Assembly: GCA_013287365.1 (NCBI GenBank)
Contig: JABDDY010000001.1
Coordinates: 1-57,992 of the forward strand
Length of the DNA: 57,992 bases
DNA from: Chlamydiota bacterium
Lineage (GTDB): Bacteria; Chlamydiota; Chlamydiia; Chlamydiales; Rhabdochlamydiaceae
Direction: 5' to 3'
Position numbers and translations under genes: made by a program. Below, piece by piece: positions 1-9,629 of this stretch (within the stretch, counting starts at the first letter, position 1; every line of letters begins with the position of its first letter). Under the pieces are notes generated by a model. The model had not been told where the DNA came from. It searched no databases and was given only the letters and a program-made list of their open reading frames with translations.

Positions 1-56
1 CCTCGTGCAAAAGAGACTTCAGAGGCGTAGATAGGTCGTCCAGTCGATCAGCTTAC

Positions 57-233
57 TTTAATAGACCTCTTGCATAATCTCATTCACCTGCTAAAATCGC
101 CCTTTTTCCAATCTTTTGATCCTCTGCTGCGTCGTCTACTTATTTAAAGTATGTCTCGCAGCAGAGGATCAAAAGATTGAAAAAATCATCGATTTTTTCA
201 GATAAAGCAAATTATGCAAGAGGTCTATTTAAA
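57..233. repeat. Nested inverted repeat: outer 18-bp arms at 61-78/211-228, inner perfect 23-bp arms at 109-131/157-179
   Basis: Read directly: atagacctcttgcataat ... attatgcaagaggtctat, and caatcttttgatcctctgctgcg ... cgcagcagaggatcaaaagattg. It lies just 3' of the minus-strand gene that ends at 255. Confidence 0.8.
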
Positions 234-254
234 TTTTGCCATTTCCGGATGGGT

Positions 255-542
255 TCAGATTCGAGGAAAAACAATTGTTCCTTCATTGATTTGGTTCAGC
301 AGATCGCGGTATTGCCCAGGCCCATTACCAATCACGGTAACGAACATGGCCAACTCAGTAGGCAACTGGTCGTATGCATGCTCCACACTGGCTGCAGAAG
401 CTGTGGAATCATTCGCTTTGTTTAAATACTCCTGAAAAAGTTCGCAGATTATTTTGTTGTCATCTCTAATTTCGTTTAAATCGGATTGTTTAAAATCATT
501 TGAATTAAAAATGTCTGAAAAAAAATTTACACCTTGTGCCAT
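255..542 (-). CDS. Small hypothetical protein (95 aa), tandem paralog A
   Basis: ORF with AGGAG Shine-Dalgarno 5 nt upstream of the ATG (rc of cataattactcct). Paralogous to 591..887, sharing motifs such as F(Q)(E/D)YLNKAND and DLLNQINEG. No family recognised. Confidence 0.55.
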   Translation of the reverse strand: MAQGVNFFSDIFNSNDFKQSDLNEIRDDNKIICELFQEYLNKANDSTASAASVEHAYDQLPTELAMFVTVIGNGPGQYRDLLNQINEGTIVFPRI

Positions 543-590
543 AATTACTCCTATAATTTTTAAAAATATTTTATTCTATATTGGACGAGT

Positions 591-887
591 TCAGACTCGA
601 GAAAAAGCCACTTCTCCTTCATTGATTTGGTTCAGCAGATCGTCGTACTGGCGAGGCTCATTGCCACACCTAGCAACGAACAGAGCTAAAGCATTAGGCA
701 ACAGGTCGTATGCACGATCCACACTGGCTGAAGAAACTGTGGGATCATTCGCTTTGTTTAAATAATCCTGAAAAGTTTCGAAGATTTTTTTGTTTTCAAT
801 TCTCACTTTACTTAAATCAGATTGGTTAAGATTTTCTGTGCAAAAATAATTTGTATAATTAGTTACATCGTACGCAATACTTGCCAT
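591..887 (-). CDS. Small hypothetical protein (98 aa), tandem paralog B
   Basis: Same SD-ATG context and a near-identical ~45-nt upstream leader as paralog A (cataattactcctataatttttaaaaaKattttattct). Conserved C-terminal two thirds. Confidence 0.55.
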   Translation of the reverse strand: MASIAYDVTNYTNYFCTENLNQSDLSKVRIENKKIFETFQDYLNKANDPTVSSASVDRAYDLLPNALALFVARCGNEPRQYDDLLNQINEGEVAFSRV

Positions 888-1210
888 AATTACTCCTATA
901 ATTTTTAAAAAGATTTTATTCTCTACAAGTCTTAATTATAGATATAAATAAATTTAATGTAAACTAAATAATTAATTTTCTGGTAAGAAAACGAGTAATA
1001 GACTGAACATTAGAAACTTATGGTGAAACGCAAAGGCGCCATGCCGCAACGACGCGGAGATTTTTCATCAACCACAAGCCATTTTTTTTAATACATTTTA
1101 AATTTTTTCTGCGGCTTAGCGCCCCCGCGTCTTTGCGCTAACCCGGTCTTGTGATTTTAAAAGTTCAGGAAAAACCAAAGACCAAACTCCCTCTCACCCC
1201 CCCCCGCCCG

Positions 1211-4200
1211 CTAAAGATCTTCCCTCAGCTGTTGCATGAGCAAGAGAAGCTCCTGGCGGCTCAGTTTTTTCATCTCATCGGCCTTGTCAAAATCAATGGT
1301 GGTAGAGGCTAGAGCCAGTTTGCTTTCGATGAGTGTATGGATATGCTCCTCGACAGTGCGCCGCGTGACAAGTTTAAAGATTTGGACCCCGCGCCTTTGA
1401 CCGATTCGATGGACGCGATCAGAGGCCTGGTTTTCTTTGGCCGGATTCCACCATCTGTCATAGTGGATCACAACAGAGGCCGCCGTAAGGTCAATCCCGA
1501 GGCCCGCTGCTTGCAAAGAGCCTAAAAAGACCTCACAGTGCGGATCTTCCTGAAAACGGGCCACCTGCTCTTTGCGATCGGTTGTACTGCCCCGAATTTC
1601 GGCAAAGGCAATGTTCTGCTCTTTGAGATAGAGGCCTAAAATATCGAGCATGTTTAAGTATTGCGAAAAGATCACCACCTTTTGTCCGCTATCGCGAATT
1701 TCAAAAAGCAGCTCTGTAAAAAGATCCCACTTCCCACTGCTGCTGTTTTTATAGCGCGAGATCTCTTTGGTGATGAGACAGGGATGGTCACAGACCTGCT
1801 TGAGCTTCGAGAGCAGGCTAAAAATGTGAGCAGTTGGAAGTGCCTCCTCTGGATTTTTCAGCTTTTCTAGAATCTGCTGCTCATGGGAGCGAAAGATCTC
1901 CTGATAAAGCGCATATTGCTCACCCGAGAGATCGCAGTAGGCAACCTCCTCGATTTTTTCGGGAAGCTCTGTCAACACTTCGCTTTTTTTGCGACGGAGG
2001 ACAAAGGGTCGAATGAGGCGGCGTAGCCGCGTTTTTTTTACCTCATCTCCCTGCTTTTCAATCGGGTTTACAAAGAGATTGCGAAAATGGGACTGCGAGG
2101 GCAGATACCCGGGCAGCACAAGATCAAAAAGCGCTTTTAGCTCGAGCAGGCGATTTTCAATCGGGGTACCTGTCAGCCCAAGCCGCATCTTTGCTGTAAG
2201 AGTGTGGAGCGCCTGATGGACCTTCGATTTCTCATTTTTTGCCACCTGGATCTCATCAAACACAATGAGATTGAAAGAACAAGAATCAAAGAGCTCTCGA
2301 TCGCTGCGCAAAATCCCATAAGAGGTCAGGAGAAGTTCCGCCTCTTTTTTCAAGAAACGGGCAGGACCATAATAAAGATGGGCCTGTAGCGAGGGGAAAA
2401 AGCGCTCTAAGAGCTGCTGCCAGTGGTAGATCACAGAGGTTGGGCAGATCACTAGAATCCTCACAAGAGCCTCTTTTTGCTTAAGGCCTGCAATCAGTGC
2501 CATCGCCTGGTGCGTCTTACCGAGGCCCATCTCGTCGCAAAGCAGCCCAGAAAGGCCATAAGAAGCCAGGTACCAGAGCCAGTTCACTCCCATTTGCTGG
2601 TAAGGCCTCAGCTCGCTTTTAAACCCTGTTAAATCGATTGGTTCGGGTGGCTCAAAGGAGCAGAACTGCTCGAAAAGCTTACGGCTCTGTGGGTGAGAGG
2701 GGGCTTTAAGCTCCTCAAAAGCAAGTAGCTGTAAAAATTCGAGAGTGGAAAAGCGAAGACTCTTTCCCTTGCCAAGCCACCGCTTTTTCTTGCGCCCCTT
2801 TAGCCACTCAAAACGCACCGATTGCAAAAAGAGCAATCCCGCATCCGAAAAAAGGTAGGAGCGGCCCTCTTGGAGGGCCTGCCAGAGGACAAAAGGAGTG
2901 ACTCTTCCGAGATTTGTCTCATAGCTTAAGGTGGCGATAAACACTCCGCTGCTTGAGGTAGAATCGCGTTTTAAAAGGTCGAGAGAGAGCAGCCATTCTT
3001 TTGGTTTTTTAAGCCTTGGATCGATGGTTGTGATGTAGGGGTAGAGAAGGTCGAGTTCATAGCCGACAAAATAGGGCTCATCTTTCTTGCTAATCTCTTT
3101 GGCAACTAGATACTGAGCAGGCAGCTGTTTGTCTGCCGGGATGCGAAAAAAGCCCTCGCCCTCGACATAGGTATAGTGACCAAATAGGCGCACCTTTTTC
3201 CCAGGAGTAAAGAAGAAATAGGGAGAGATCCGGATCTTCCCCTCTTCTGAAAGAGTCACCTCAAGACCTGCCTTCTCCAAAGGAGACATGGGAGCAAAAA
3301 AACCAGAAATAGACTCGAGCTCCTCTTGGTTGCTGTCGATAAACCGGGGGATCTCTTGGGAGGACAGAGAGAGCCCTGATCGCAGGACAGAGTCACGACC
3401 AGATTCTGCAGAGCGCGCATAAAACCCCTTCCCCACCAAATAGACCCACTCTTTGAAGTCGTAGAGCTCTCCTGTCTCTACCTCCTCTCCGTATTCAGCC
3501 CTTAAAAAAAATTCTAGCTTGTCTGAGATCAGGCGGTAGCCCATTCTCGATTCTACTGTCGAGACATGGGTGGCAAATCCCTCAAAACCACCAAGCCAGA
3601 TGCGATGAGAGGAGACAAAGCGACTCACCTGCTCCTTGGCAATGCGCACCTCTTTTTCTTTAAAAAGCGCGCCTTCCAAGCGAAAAAAACCCTTCTTCGG
3701 TAGGTAGATCCATTTTCCAAATAGTTCTGCTCCTTTTTGCTGTAGATCTCCTTTTTCAAAGGCGTATGTCGCAATCACAAGCTCTCTCTCTTTTGTGATC
3801 TTAAGCTCATAGCTCGGAACGATGCTGCCGAGATGGATCGATTCTCCCACAAGGGTTTTTGCCACAAGCTTCTCGTGAGAGGTTAAGAAGGCATCGACTC
3901 TCTCTTTCGAGATTTTTCCCATCTCAAAAAAGGGATCGGGAGCTTGAAGAGTAAACCCGCGACCGGGCAGGTAGAGCCACTTGTCATCGATAGCTACTCC
4001 CTCTTCCGCCATAGATGGAAGAGGCTTTTTCTTAGCAAAAACTGTCTGAAAAGCCCCCTCTTCTTTTAGATACCGGATCGATTCGATCCGCTTTTCCCCT
4101 GCTAAATAGACAACAAGGGGGGATTTTACAAAGGCAAGCGCTGGAATGATTCGAGGAAAATCGACTTTCGCAAGATAAAAATCTATTTTCGCATCAGGAA

Positions 4201-4864
4201 GATGGAGATGGAGAAGATGGGGCAGTCCCTGCTCTTCTTCAAAAACAAGTTCATAATTTTTCCCCTCCTCTTGAAAGGAAAACCAGTGCTTAGCAAGGTC
4301 CGACCAGAAGGAGAGCTCATAGAGCAGCTGAGCGCTTGTTCTTCCCTCTTTCCAAAGGAGGATCTCCTCGGGAGGCAGTCTAGAAAATTTGAGAGAGGTC
4401 TCCTCTGTCTCTATGGGACGCTGGAAAAAAAGAGCCTGATAATGGGCCCTACTCTTTTCACTTAAAGGGTGGAGGGCAAAGAGTCTTTTTCCCGTTACAT
4501 CTTCTATGACAAAATCGCCATTTCCCTGGATCTGTGGACTGTTAGAGCCAATCCTCTCACAGCCAATTTGCGCTAGCTCATTCCAAAAACTCTCTGCAAA
4601 ACGTACATGCAGGGGCGCCCTGTGGCCGCCCATGATCTTCGAGTAGAGAGCCGCTAGATGAGGGCAGCGACCTTTGGGCGCCACCTCCTCCGATTCCTTG
4701 CACGAGCAAAACCCGTCGAGAATCTCTCCAGAGTCACCCAGTTGCAAAAAAGGCCAAGCTGTCTGCACCTTTGCTTGATAGGTTCCTTGAGAAAAATGGA
4801 GATCCGCAACCTTTAGCCGAGTGGCTAAGGAGAGCTGCTTAGAGGAAAAGGGAGAGAGCGCCAT
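1211..4864 (-). CDS. SWIM zinc-finger / SNF2-family (SWI2/SNF2) helicase
   Basis: N-terminal SWIM motif CSCKESEEVAPKGRCPHLAALY. Helicase motifs LCDEMGLGKT, VFDEIQVAKN, SLQAAGLGIDLT, WWNPAKENQASDRVHRIGQ. Its 1217-aa length resembles the chlamydial SNF2 proteins. Confidence 0.9.
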   Translation of the reverse strand: MALSPFSSKQLSLATRLKVADLHFSQGTYQAKVQTAWPFLQLGDSGEILDGFCSCKESEEVAPKGRCPHLAALYSKIMGGHRAPLHVRFAESFWNELAQIGCERIGSNSPQIQGNGDFVIEDVTGKRLFALHPLSEKSRAHYQALFFQRPIETEETSLKFSRLPPEEILLWKEGRTSAQLLYELSFWSDLAKHWFSFQEEGKNYELVFEEEQGLPHLLHLHLPDAKIDFYLAKVDFPRIIPALAFVKSPLVVYLAGEKRIESIRYLKEEGAFQTVFAKKKPLPSMAEEGVAIDDKWLYLPGRGFTLQAPDPFFEMGKISKERVDAFLTSHEKLVAKTLVGESIHLGSIVPSYELKITKERELVIATYAFEKGDLQQKGAELFGKWIYLPKKGFFRLEGALFKEKEVRIAKEQVSRFVSSHRIWLGGFEGFATHVSTVESRMGYRLISDKLEFFLRAEYGEEVETGELYDFKEWVYLVGKGFYARSAESGRDSVLRSGLSLSSQEIPRFIDSNQEELESISGFFAPMSPLEKAGLEVTLSEEGKIRISPYFFFTPGKKVRLFGHYTYVEGEGFFRIPADKQLPAQYLVAKEISKKDEPYFVGYELDLLYPYITTIDPRLKKPKEWLLSLDLLKRDSTSSSGVFIATLSYETNLGRVTPFVLWQALQEGRSYLFSDAGLLFLQSVRFEWLKGRKKKRWLGKGKSLRFSTLEFLQLLAFEELKAPSHPQSRKLFEQFCSFEPPEPIDLTGFKSELRPYQQMGVNWLWYLASYGLSGLLCDEMGLGKTHQAMALIAGLKQKEALVRILVICPTSVIYHWQQLLERFFPSLQAHLYYGPARFLKKEAELLLTSYGILRSDRELFDSCSFNLIVFDEIQVAKNEKSKVHQALHTLTAKMRLGLTGTPIENRLLELKALFDLVLPGYLPSQSHFRNLFVNPIEKQGDEVKKTRLRRLIRPFVLRRKKSEVLTELPEKIEEVAYCDLSGEQYALYQEIFRSHEQQILEKLKNPEEALPTAHIFSLLSKLKQVCDHPCLITKEISRYKNSSSGKWDLFTELLFEIRDSGQKVVIFSQYLNMLDILGLYLKEQNIAFAEIRGSTTDRKEQVARFQEDPHCEVFLGSLQAAGLGIDLTAASVVIHYDRWWNPAKENQASDRVHRIGQRRGVQIFKLVTRRTVEEHIHTLIESKLALASTTIDFDKADEMKKLSRQELLLLMQQLREDL

Positions 4865-5591
4865 GGAAGACCTTCACCACAGGGCCCGTCACAACCGTCC
4901 CTTCAACCTCCAACAGATCCCCTGATGCAGTGGTCACAGAGATTTTGCGTCCCTCCCACCCAAAGAGCTTTGTAGCAATGAAGGCAGAGGCAACCGCTGC
5001 TGTCCCACAGGCAAGCGTCACTGCCTCGACCCCCCGCTCATAGGTGCACAAAAGCAGCGCGCAAGTATCTAGAACGCTTGCGATACTCACATTCATATTT
5101 TCCTGGGCACGCAGCTGCCTAGCGAAAAGAGGAAACTCTTGCACCTCTTGAAAAAAGATAAGGTGGGGAACTCCCGTATCAACCGCATAGCCGCGCAAGG
5201 CGTCTCCTTTCCAAGCAAAGCCTCTGTTCCAAAAAATCTCTCTAGGACACCCAAGCTGTGTGAACATCTTTCCCTTCTCACTCCAAGCAGTTAAAACCCC
5301 AGAGTTTGTCTCAATGCGGTAAGAGGAGTCCTTAAAGCCAAGATCGAGAAGAAATTGCCCGAAACAGCGCAGCCCATTGCCGCACATGGCCGCTTCCGAT
5401 CCATCGGCATTGAAGATACGCATGCGAAAGTCAGCCTTTTTTGACCTCTGCAGCAGAATCAGGCCATCGGCCCCAATTCCCCTTTTGCGGTCACACAGGC
5501 TTTGGACCCTTTCAAAAGGAAACGAGCCACTGAAATCCTCGATGAGGATGAAATCGTTTCCTGCGCCCTCGTATTTACTGAAGCTGAGCAT
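4839..5591 (-). CDS. dapF: Diaminopimelate epimerase
   Basis: [16 protein letters not shown] start motif, catalytic Cys motifs MCGNGLRC and LACGTAA. Start moved to the internal Met (MLSFSKYEG) because the longer ORF would run deep into clpP. Confidence 0.85.
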   Translation of the reverse strand: MLSFSKYEGAGNDFILIEDFSGSFPFERVQSLCDRKRGIGADGLILLQRSKKADFRMRIFNADGSEAAMCGNGLRCFGQFLLDLGFKDSSYRIETNSGVLTAWSEKGKMFTQLGCPREIFWNRGFAWKGDALRGYAVDTGVPHLIFFQEVQEFPLFARQLRAQENMNVSIASVLDTCALLLCTYERGVEAVTLACGTAAVASAFIATKLFGWEGRKISVTTASGDLLEVEGTVVTGPVVKVFHGALSLFL

Positions 5592-6174
5592 AGGATTCGA
5601 CGATCTTATCCAGAAGGCCAAACTCGAGCGCTTCTGCTGCCGACATCCAGGTATCGCGGTCAATTGCCTTTTCAATCAAACGTCTATCTTTTCCTGTAGC
5701 TGCTTCATAAATATCGATCAGCATATTTCGCGTCTTGATCACTTCTCTAGCTTGAATCTCGAGATCGGTGGCCTGGCCACGCAAAACGCCCCCAATGCGC
5801 GGCTGGTGGATCATGATCCGGGAGTGCTGTGTGGCAAAGCGCCTTCCCTTGGCCGCACAAAGACTTAAGATCGAACCCATCGAAGCGGCAAGACCTGTAA
5901 CGAGCGTCGTCACAGGGGACTTGAGCATCTTCACCTGATCCCAGATCGCAAATCCCGAATCGACCGCTCCCCCAGGAGAGTTGATCACAAAGAGAATCGG
6001 CTTACCGGGATCTACCAGCTCTAGATACCAGAACTTGCGAATCAAATCATTTGCCACTCGATCATCGAGTGCATCGGAAAAAAAGATCCGCCGCGCCTTT
6101 AAAAGCGACTCTTCGATGCGATCTTCCATCGCGAGCGGCCTTTTGTACATATTCTCTTCTTCTTCTTTAGCCAT
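5575..6174 (-). CDS. clpP: ATP-dependent Clp protease proteolytic subunit
   Basis: ClpP-type sequence with catalytic Ser context [10 protein letters not shown] and His context IMIHQP; 199 aa. Confidence 0.92.
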   Translation of the reverse strand: MAKEEEENMYKRPLAMEDRIEESLLKARRIFFSDALDDRVANDLIRKFWYLELVDPGKPILFVINSPGGAVDSGFAIWDQVKMLKSPVTTLVTGLAASMGSILSLCAAKGRRFATQHSRIMIHQPRIGGVLRGQATDLEIQAREVIKTRNMLIDIYEAATGKDRRLIEKAIDRDTWMSAAEALEFGLLDKIVESYAQLQ

Positions 6175-7666
6175 GGTCTTTTCCTTTTAGTACTAATTCT
6201 GGGTAGAGTGGGAATTTGCGCAAAAGGGTCTTTAGCTCCATTTGCACCCTCCCCAGCGTGGCGGGATCGATCATCACCTTTGCAGATTGCACCTTTCCCT
6301 CTTCCTTTACAGGACGGGTCGCTTTGAGTAAATCATAAACCATCAGGCCTATCTCTTGCATCTCTTCTCTCCCCATTCCAAGGCTAGTGACGGCAGGCGT
6401 GCCAAGACGGACCCCCGAAGTGTACCAAGGACCATTGGGATCAAAGGGAATGCAATTGCGACTCGAGGTGATTCCCGCCTCTCGAAGGGCAATCTCTGCC
6501 TGCCGCCCGTTTAAACCAAAGGAGCGAACCACATCGATAACAAGCAGATGATTATCGGTCCCTTGCGACCAAAGCGCGCACCCCTTTTCCATGAGAGTCA
6601 AAGCTAAAGCCTCGGCATTAGCGACAATCTGGTGGGCATACTTTTGGAAAGCGGGGGTCTGCACCTCGATAAAGCTCACTACTTTTGCCGCCATTACATG
6701 AGGCAAAGGTCCCCCAAGAACGAGCGGACAACCCTTATTTACGGCGTCTTTAAATTCTTTATGGCACAGGACAAAACCACCTCTTGGCCCGCGCAACGTC
6801 TTATGGGTTGTCGAGGTTACAAGCTGCGCAAAGGGGACAGGATCAAAATTTCCTCGCATCACCTTGCCTGCCACAAGACCTGCAAAATGGGCCATATCGA
6901 CCCAAAGCGTTGCCCCCACGCTATCTGCAATCTCGCGCATCTTGGCAAAATCAATGAGGCGCGGGTAAGCGGAATAGCCGACAAGAAGAATCGCCGGTTT
7001 CTCCTTTTTGACCTGCGCAGAGAGCGTCGCATAATCTAAAAGCCCCGTCTTCTGATCGACAACGTAAGGAATCGCGCGGACAATCTTACTCGAGAGATTG
7101 TGGCGATAGCCGTGCGTCAGATGCCCTCCCGAATGAACGGCAAGCCCCATCATCTTCTGATTCATCATCAACTGGCGGAGCTTCTCATGTTCTGTCTCTG
7201 AGAGCTCATCGAGATTTTTCTTAGCAAGACGCTCGAGCTCAGGAGACTGCACTTTTTGCACAAGAAAGGCAAAAAGAGCGACGAGATTGGCATCAGCCCC
7301 TGAGTGCGGCTGGATGTAGGCGTGATCGGCTCCAAAAATGGTCTTTAGCTTCTCCACCCCGAGCGCTTCAATCGCGTCGACATTTTCACACCCTGCATAG
7401 AAGCGATGATGAGGAAACCCTTCCGCATACTTGTCCGTGAGCAAATTGCCCATCGCCAGCTGAACGGCCAGTGAGCAAAAATTCTCGGAAGCAATGAGCT
7501 TTAGACAGCTCCTCTGATCAGCAAGCTCCTGGACAATGCTTTTGGCCACCTCAGGGGCCTGCTCCATCAGGTGATCAAGAGAAGCGCAATAGGCAATTGC
7601 CGCGCTGGACCGTTTCTCCTCTGGAGTGATCTGTATATAATTTTTTAAAAAATGCATTCTCTCCAA
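6167..7666 (-). CDS. glyA: Serine hydroxymethyltransferase (long chlamydial-type form)
   Basis: PLP-lysine motif [14 protein letters not shown], and LIASENF near the N-terminus. 499 aa, overlapping the clpP start by 8 nt (operon-like). Confidence 0.9.
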   Translation of the reverse strand: MERMHFLKNYIQITPEEKRSSAAIAYCASLDHLMEQAPEVAKSIVQELADQRSCLKLIASENFCSLAVQLAMGNLLTDKYAEGFPHHRFYAGCENVDAIEALGVEKLKTIFGADHAYIQPHSGADANLVALFAFLVQKVQSPELERLAKKNLDELSETEHEKLRQLMMNQKMMGLAVHSGGHLTHGYRHNLSSKIVRAIPYVVDQKTGLLDYATLSAQVKKEKPAILLVGYSAYPRLIDFAKMREIADSVGATLWVDMAHFAGLVAGKVMRGNFDPVPFAQLVTSTTHKTLRGPRGGFVLCHKEFKDAVNKGCPLVLGGPLPHVMAAKVVSFIEVQTPAFQKYAHQIVANAEALALTLMEKGCALWSQGTDNHLLVIDVVRSFGLNGRQAEIALREAGITSSRNCIPFDPNGPWYTSGVRLGTPAVTSLGMGREEMQEIGLMVYDLLKATRPVKEEGKVQSAKVMIDPATLGRVQMELKTLLRKFPLYPELVLKGKDHG

Positions 7667-7811
7667 ACCCTAGCACTCAGTGTATAAGAGCCGATTTTTT
7701 CTCTGCAATTTTTATCGGTTTTTTAAAAGTTTTTTTGAGCACAAAGAGAAGCTTGAGATTTTTGAGGAGACACGCTACCCTTACTTGCTTAACCATCCTT
7801 GGGAAGGATCC

Positions 7812-8582
7812 ATGCAAGATGCTTTAAAGCAAATATTAGAGATTCAAGAACTCGACATTAAGATGATCCGTCTGATGCGCATCAAGAAAGAGCGGCTGAA
7901 AGAGCTCGACCAGATTGAGGCGCTGCGCAAAGAACTGCACCAGCAGTTCAAAGACAAAGAGGCAGACATTGCAGAGATCAATAAAAGCATCCGCGCACTT
8001 GAAGCCAAGCTTTCAGAAGTTGCCGAGAAGCTCAAGAAGCTCGAATCTCAGCAAATGGCCATCAAAAAGGTGGAAGAGTTCAATGCACTCACTCAAGAGA
8101 TGACAACAACAGAGAGGGAGAGAATCTCTCTCGAGCAAAAGGTCGCCGACCTAGTAGACCGTCGCACAGCAGAAGAGGAGCTTCTCGAAAAAATCCGTGA
8201 TAGCATGAACTCATCGGAAGAGAGCAGCTTAGCTCTTGAAAAGGAGATTCAGGCCAGCATCACACTCATCAACGAAGAGGGGTCTCACCTCAAGGAGAGC
8301 CGCGCCGCCCTAGCCACTGACGCCGAGCCAGACACCTTGCGCATTTACGAAAGGCTACTCCGCAATAAAAAAGATCGCGTCATTGTCCCGATCGAAAACC
8401 GCACCTGTACAGGCTGTCACATCGCCCTCACCGCTCAGCATGAAAACGTCGTGCGCAAAGGGGAAAATCTCTGCTTCTGCGAGCACTGCTCGCGCGTCCA
8501 CTACTGGCGAGAAAGCGAGGCCCTCGAGGGCACAACAGTTGTGACAAAACGGCGCCGCAGACGCGTGGCCAGTACAACATAG
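7812..8582 (+). CDS. Coiled-coil / C4 zinc-ribbon protein (DUF164, HP0958/CT398 family)
   Basis: Long coiled-coil followed by CTGCHIALTAQ...CFCEHCSRV zinc ribbon. Start set at ATG 7812 (MQDALKQILEIQELD), preceded by gggaagga, giving a ~256-aa protein. Confidence 0.75.
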   Translation: MQDALKQILEIQELDIKMIRLMRIKKERLKELDQIEALRKELHQQFKDKEADIAEINKSIRALEAKLSEVAEKLKKLESQQMAIKKVEEFNALTQEMTTTERERISLEQKVADLVDRRTAEEELLEKIRDSMNSSEESSLALEKEIQASITLINEEGSHLKESRAALATDAEPDTLRIYERLLRNKKDRVIVPIENRTCTGCHIALTAQHENVVRKGENLCFCEHCSRVHYWRESEALEGTTVVTKRRRRRVASTT

Positions 8583-8592
8583 AAGTATTTTT

Positions 8593-8931
8593 GGGAAAGC
8601 GAGGCAACCGCTTCTTGAAAAAACAAGAAGAGGAAAGTCTGGACTTCGTAGGAAGAGATGCCAGTGAAAGACTGGGGGCCGCAAGGCTACGGAAAGTGCA
8701 ACAGAAAACACCCCGCTCCTCATTTTTTGAGGAGACAGGCTGAAAAAGTTAGCTTTAGGAGCTAGCGACAAGGCAGAGATGCTTCTTGTCCTGTAAACCC
8801 CATCTGAAGCAAGAAAAGCGACAGCTTAAAGTGTTCTTCCGCACATGTCGCTTAAGATCGCTTGAGGAGCGTGGTGACACGCTCCCTAGACGAATGGTTG
8901 CCCACGACAGAATCCGGCTTATTGCTTTCCC
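8593..8931 (+). ncRNA. rnpB: RNase P RNA, bacterial type A
   Basis: Universal motifs GAGGAAAGTCTGGAC, GTGCAACAGAAAACA and CCACGACAGAATCCGGCTTA. P1 pairing GGGAAAGC (5') with GCTTTCCC (3'), followed by a T-run. Confidence 0.9.
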
Positions 8932-8959
8932 TCTTTTTTGTAAACAGCTGACTAAATTT

Positions 8960-9256
8960 CTATGCTGCAGTAGGCCGAATAGAAATATCCAGCTTACAAG
9001 CTTGCAAAATTGCCATAAGGGACTGTAATCGAGGATTCCCTCGTTGCGACAGCGTACGGTAGAGATTTTCTCGATTAAGACCCGACTTCTTAGCTAGTGT
9101 AGCAACGCCGCCATTTGCATCGGCAATGTCTTTTAAAGCAATGAGAAATACCTTGGGATCTTCATCTTCCAATGCAGCATTGAGGTAGGCTGCCGCATAT
9201 TCTGGGTCTTTAAGATCTTTGAAAAGATCTTCTTTGTAGTTTCTGAATTTTCTCAT
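8960..9256 (-). CDS. HigA-family antitoxin (addiction-module antidote, HTH)
   Basis: MRKFRNYKEDLFKDLKDPEYAAAYLNAALEDEDPKVFLIALKDIADANGGVATLAKKSGLNRENLYRTLSQRGNPRLQSL matches the COG3636-type antidote pattern. Start set at the internal Met. Confidence 0.75.
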   Translation of the reverse strand: MRKFRNYKEDLFKDLKDPEYAAAYLNAALEDEDPKVFLIALKDIADANGGVATLAKKSGLNRENLYRTLSQRGNPRLQSLMAILQACKLDISIRPTAA

Positions 9257-9590
9257 TTTTGCCTCTTTGTTTTTTTGCAGAGCAATCTTCCCAATATTCT
9301 TGAGCTTTTTTAATATCCTTTTTTTGGGTCGACTTGTCCCCTGCACATAGTAAAATGACTATGGACTTGCCCTTTTTCCCATAGTAAATGCGGTATCCAG
9401 GCCCGCAGGGAATTTTTAGCTCACAAACTCCATTTCCAACTGATTTGCAATCACCAAAATTACCACCTCGCAAGCGCGCCAATCTCGAACTAACTATTAC
9501 CAGAACATCCTTATTTAAGCGCGATTTCCACTCTGTGTAGGGCTCCTTCCCAGATGGCAAGGAATAGAGCTCGATCGTGATCGAATCCAT
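9210..9590 (-). CDS. RelE/ParE-superfamily (HigB-like 'addiction module killer') toxin
   Basis: EPYTEWKSRL...ARLRGGNFGDCKSVGNGVCELKIPCGPGYRIYYGKKGKSIVILLCAGDKSTQKKDIKKAQEYW is the typical killer-protein pattern. It sits immediately upstream of the antidote gene (toxin-first HigBA order). Confidence 0.75.
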   Translation of the reverse strand: MDSITIELYSLPSGKEPYTEWKSRLNKDVLVIVSSRLARLRGGNFGDCKSVGNGVCELKIPCGPGYRIYYGKKGKSIVILLCAGDKSTQKKDIKKAQEYWEDCSAKKQRGKNEKIQKLQRRSFQRS

Positions 9591-9629
9591 ACTATATAAC
9601 GCAATAGTAGCGCAAAAGCTACTTTACTG

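Noticed and set aside
177-765. Plus-strand ORFs 177..425, 214..435 and 454..765, antisense to the tandem small genes
   Set aside because: The minus-strand ORFs have AGGAG-N5-ATG starts and a conserved duplicated leader. The plus-strand frames are open only because of composition and lack start contexts.
1020-1140. GC-rich patches (gccgcaacgacgcgg ... ctgcggcttagcgcccccgcgtc) as a structured RNA between the small genes and SNF2
   Set aside because: The complementary segments are not nested in a way that forms a simple hairpin, and I could not match them to any known RNA. The support is too weak to call.
1197-1205. C9 homopolymer as a phase-variation switch
   Set aside because: It lies just outside the SNF2 stop codon in non-coding DNA and more than 300 nt from the next start. 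I see no coding or promoter spacing it would alter.
8355-8771. 138-aa minus-strand ORF, plus the 8786..9028 plus-strand ORF
   Set aside because: Both overlap the RNase P RNA gene and the end of the zinc-ribbon gene. The region is explained by rnpB motifs, and neither ORF has an RBS or a recognisable family.
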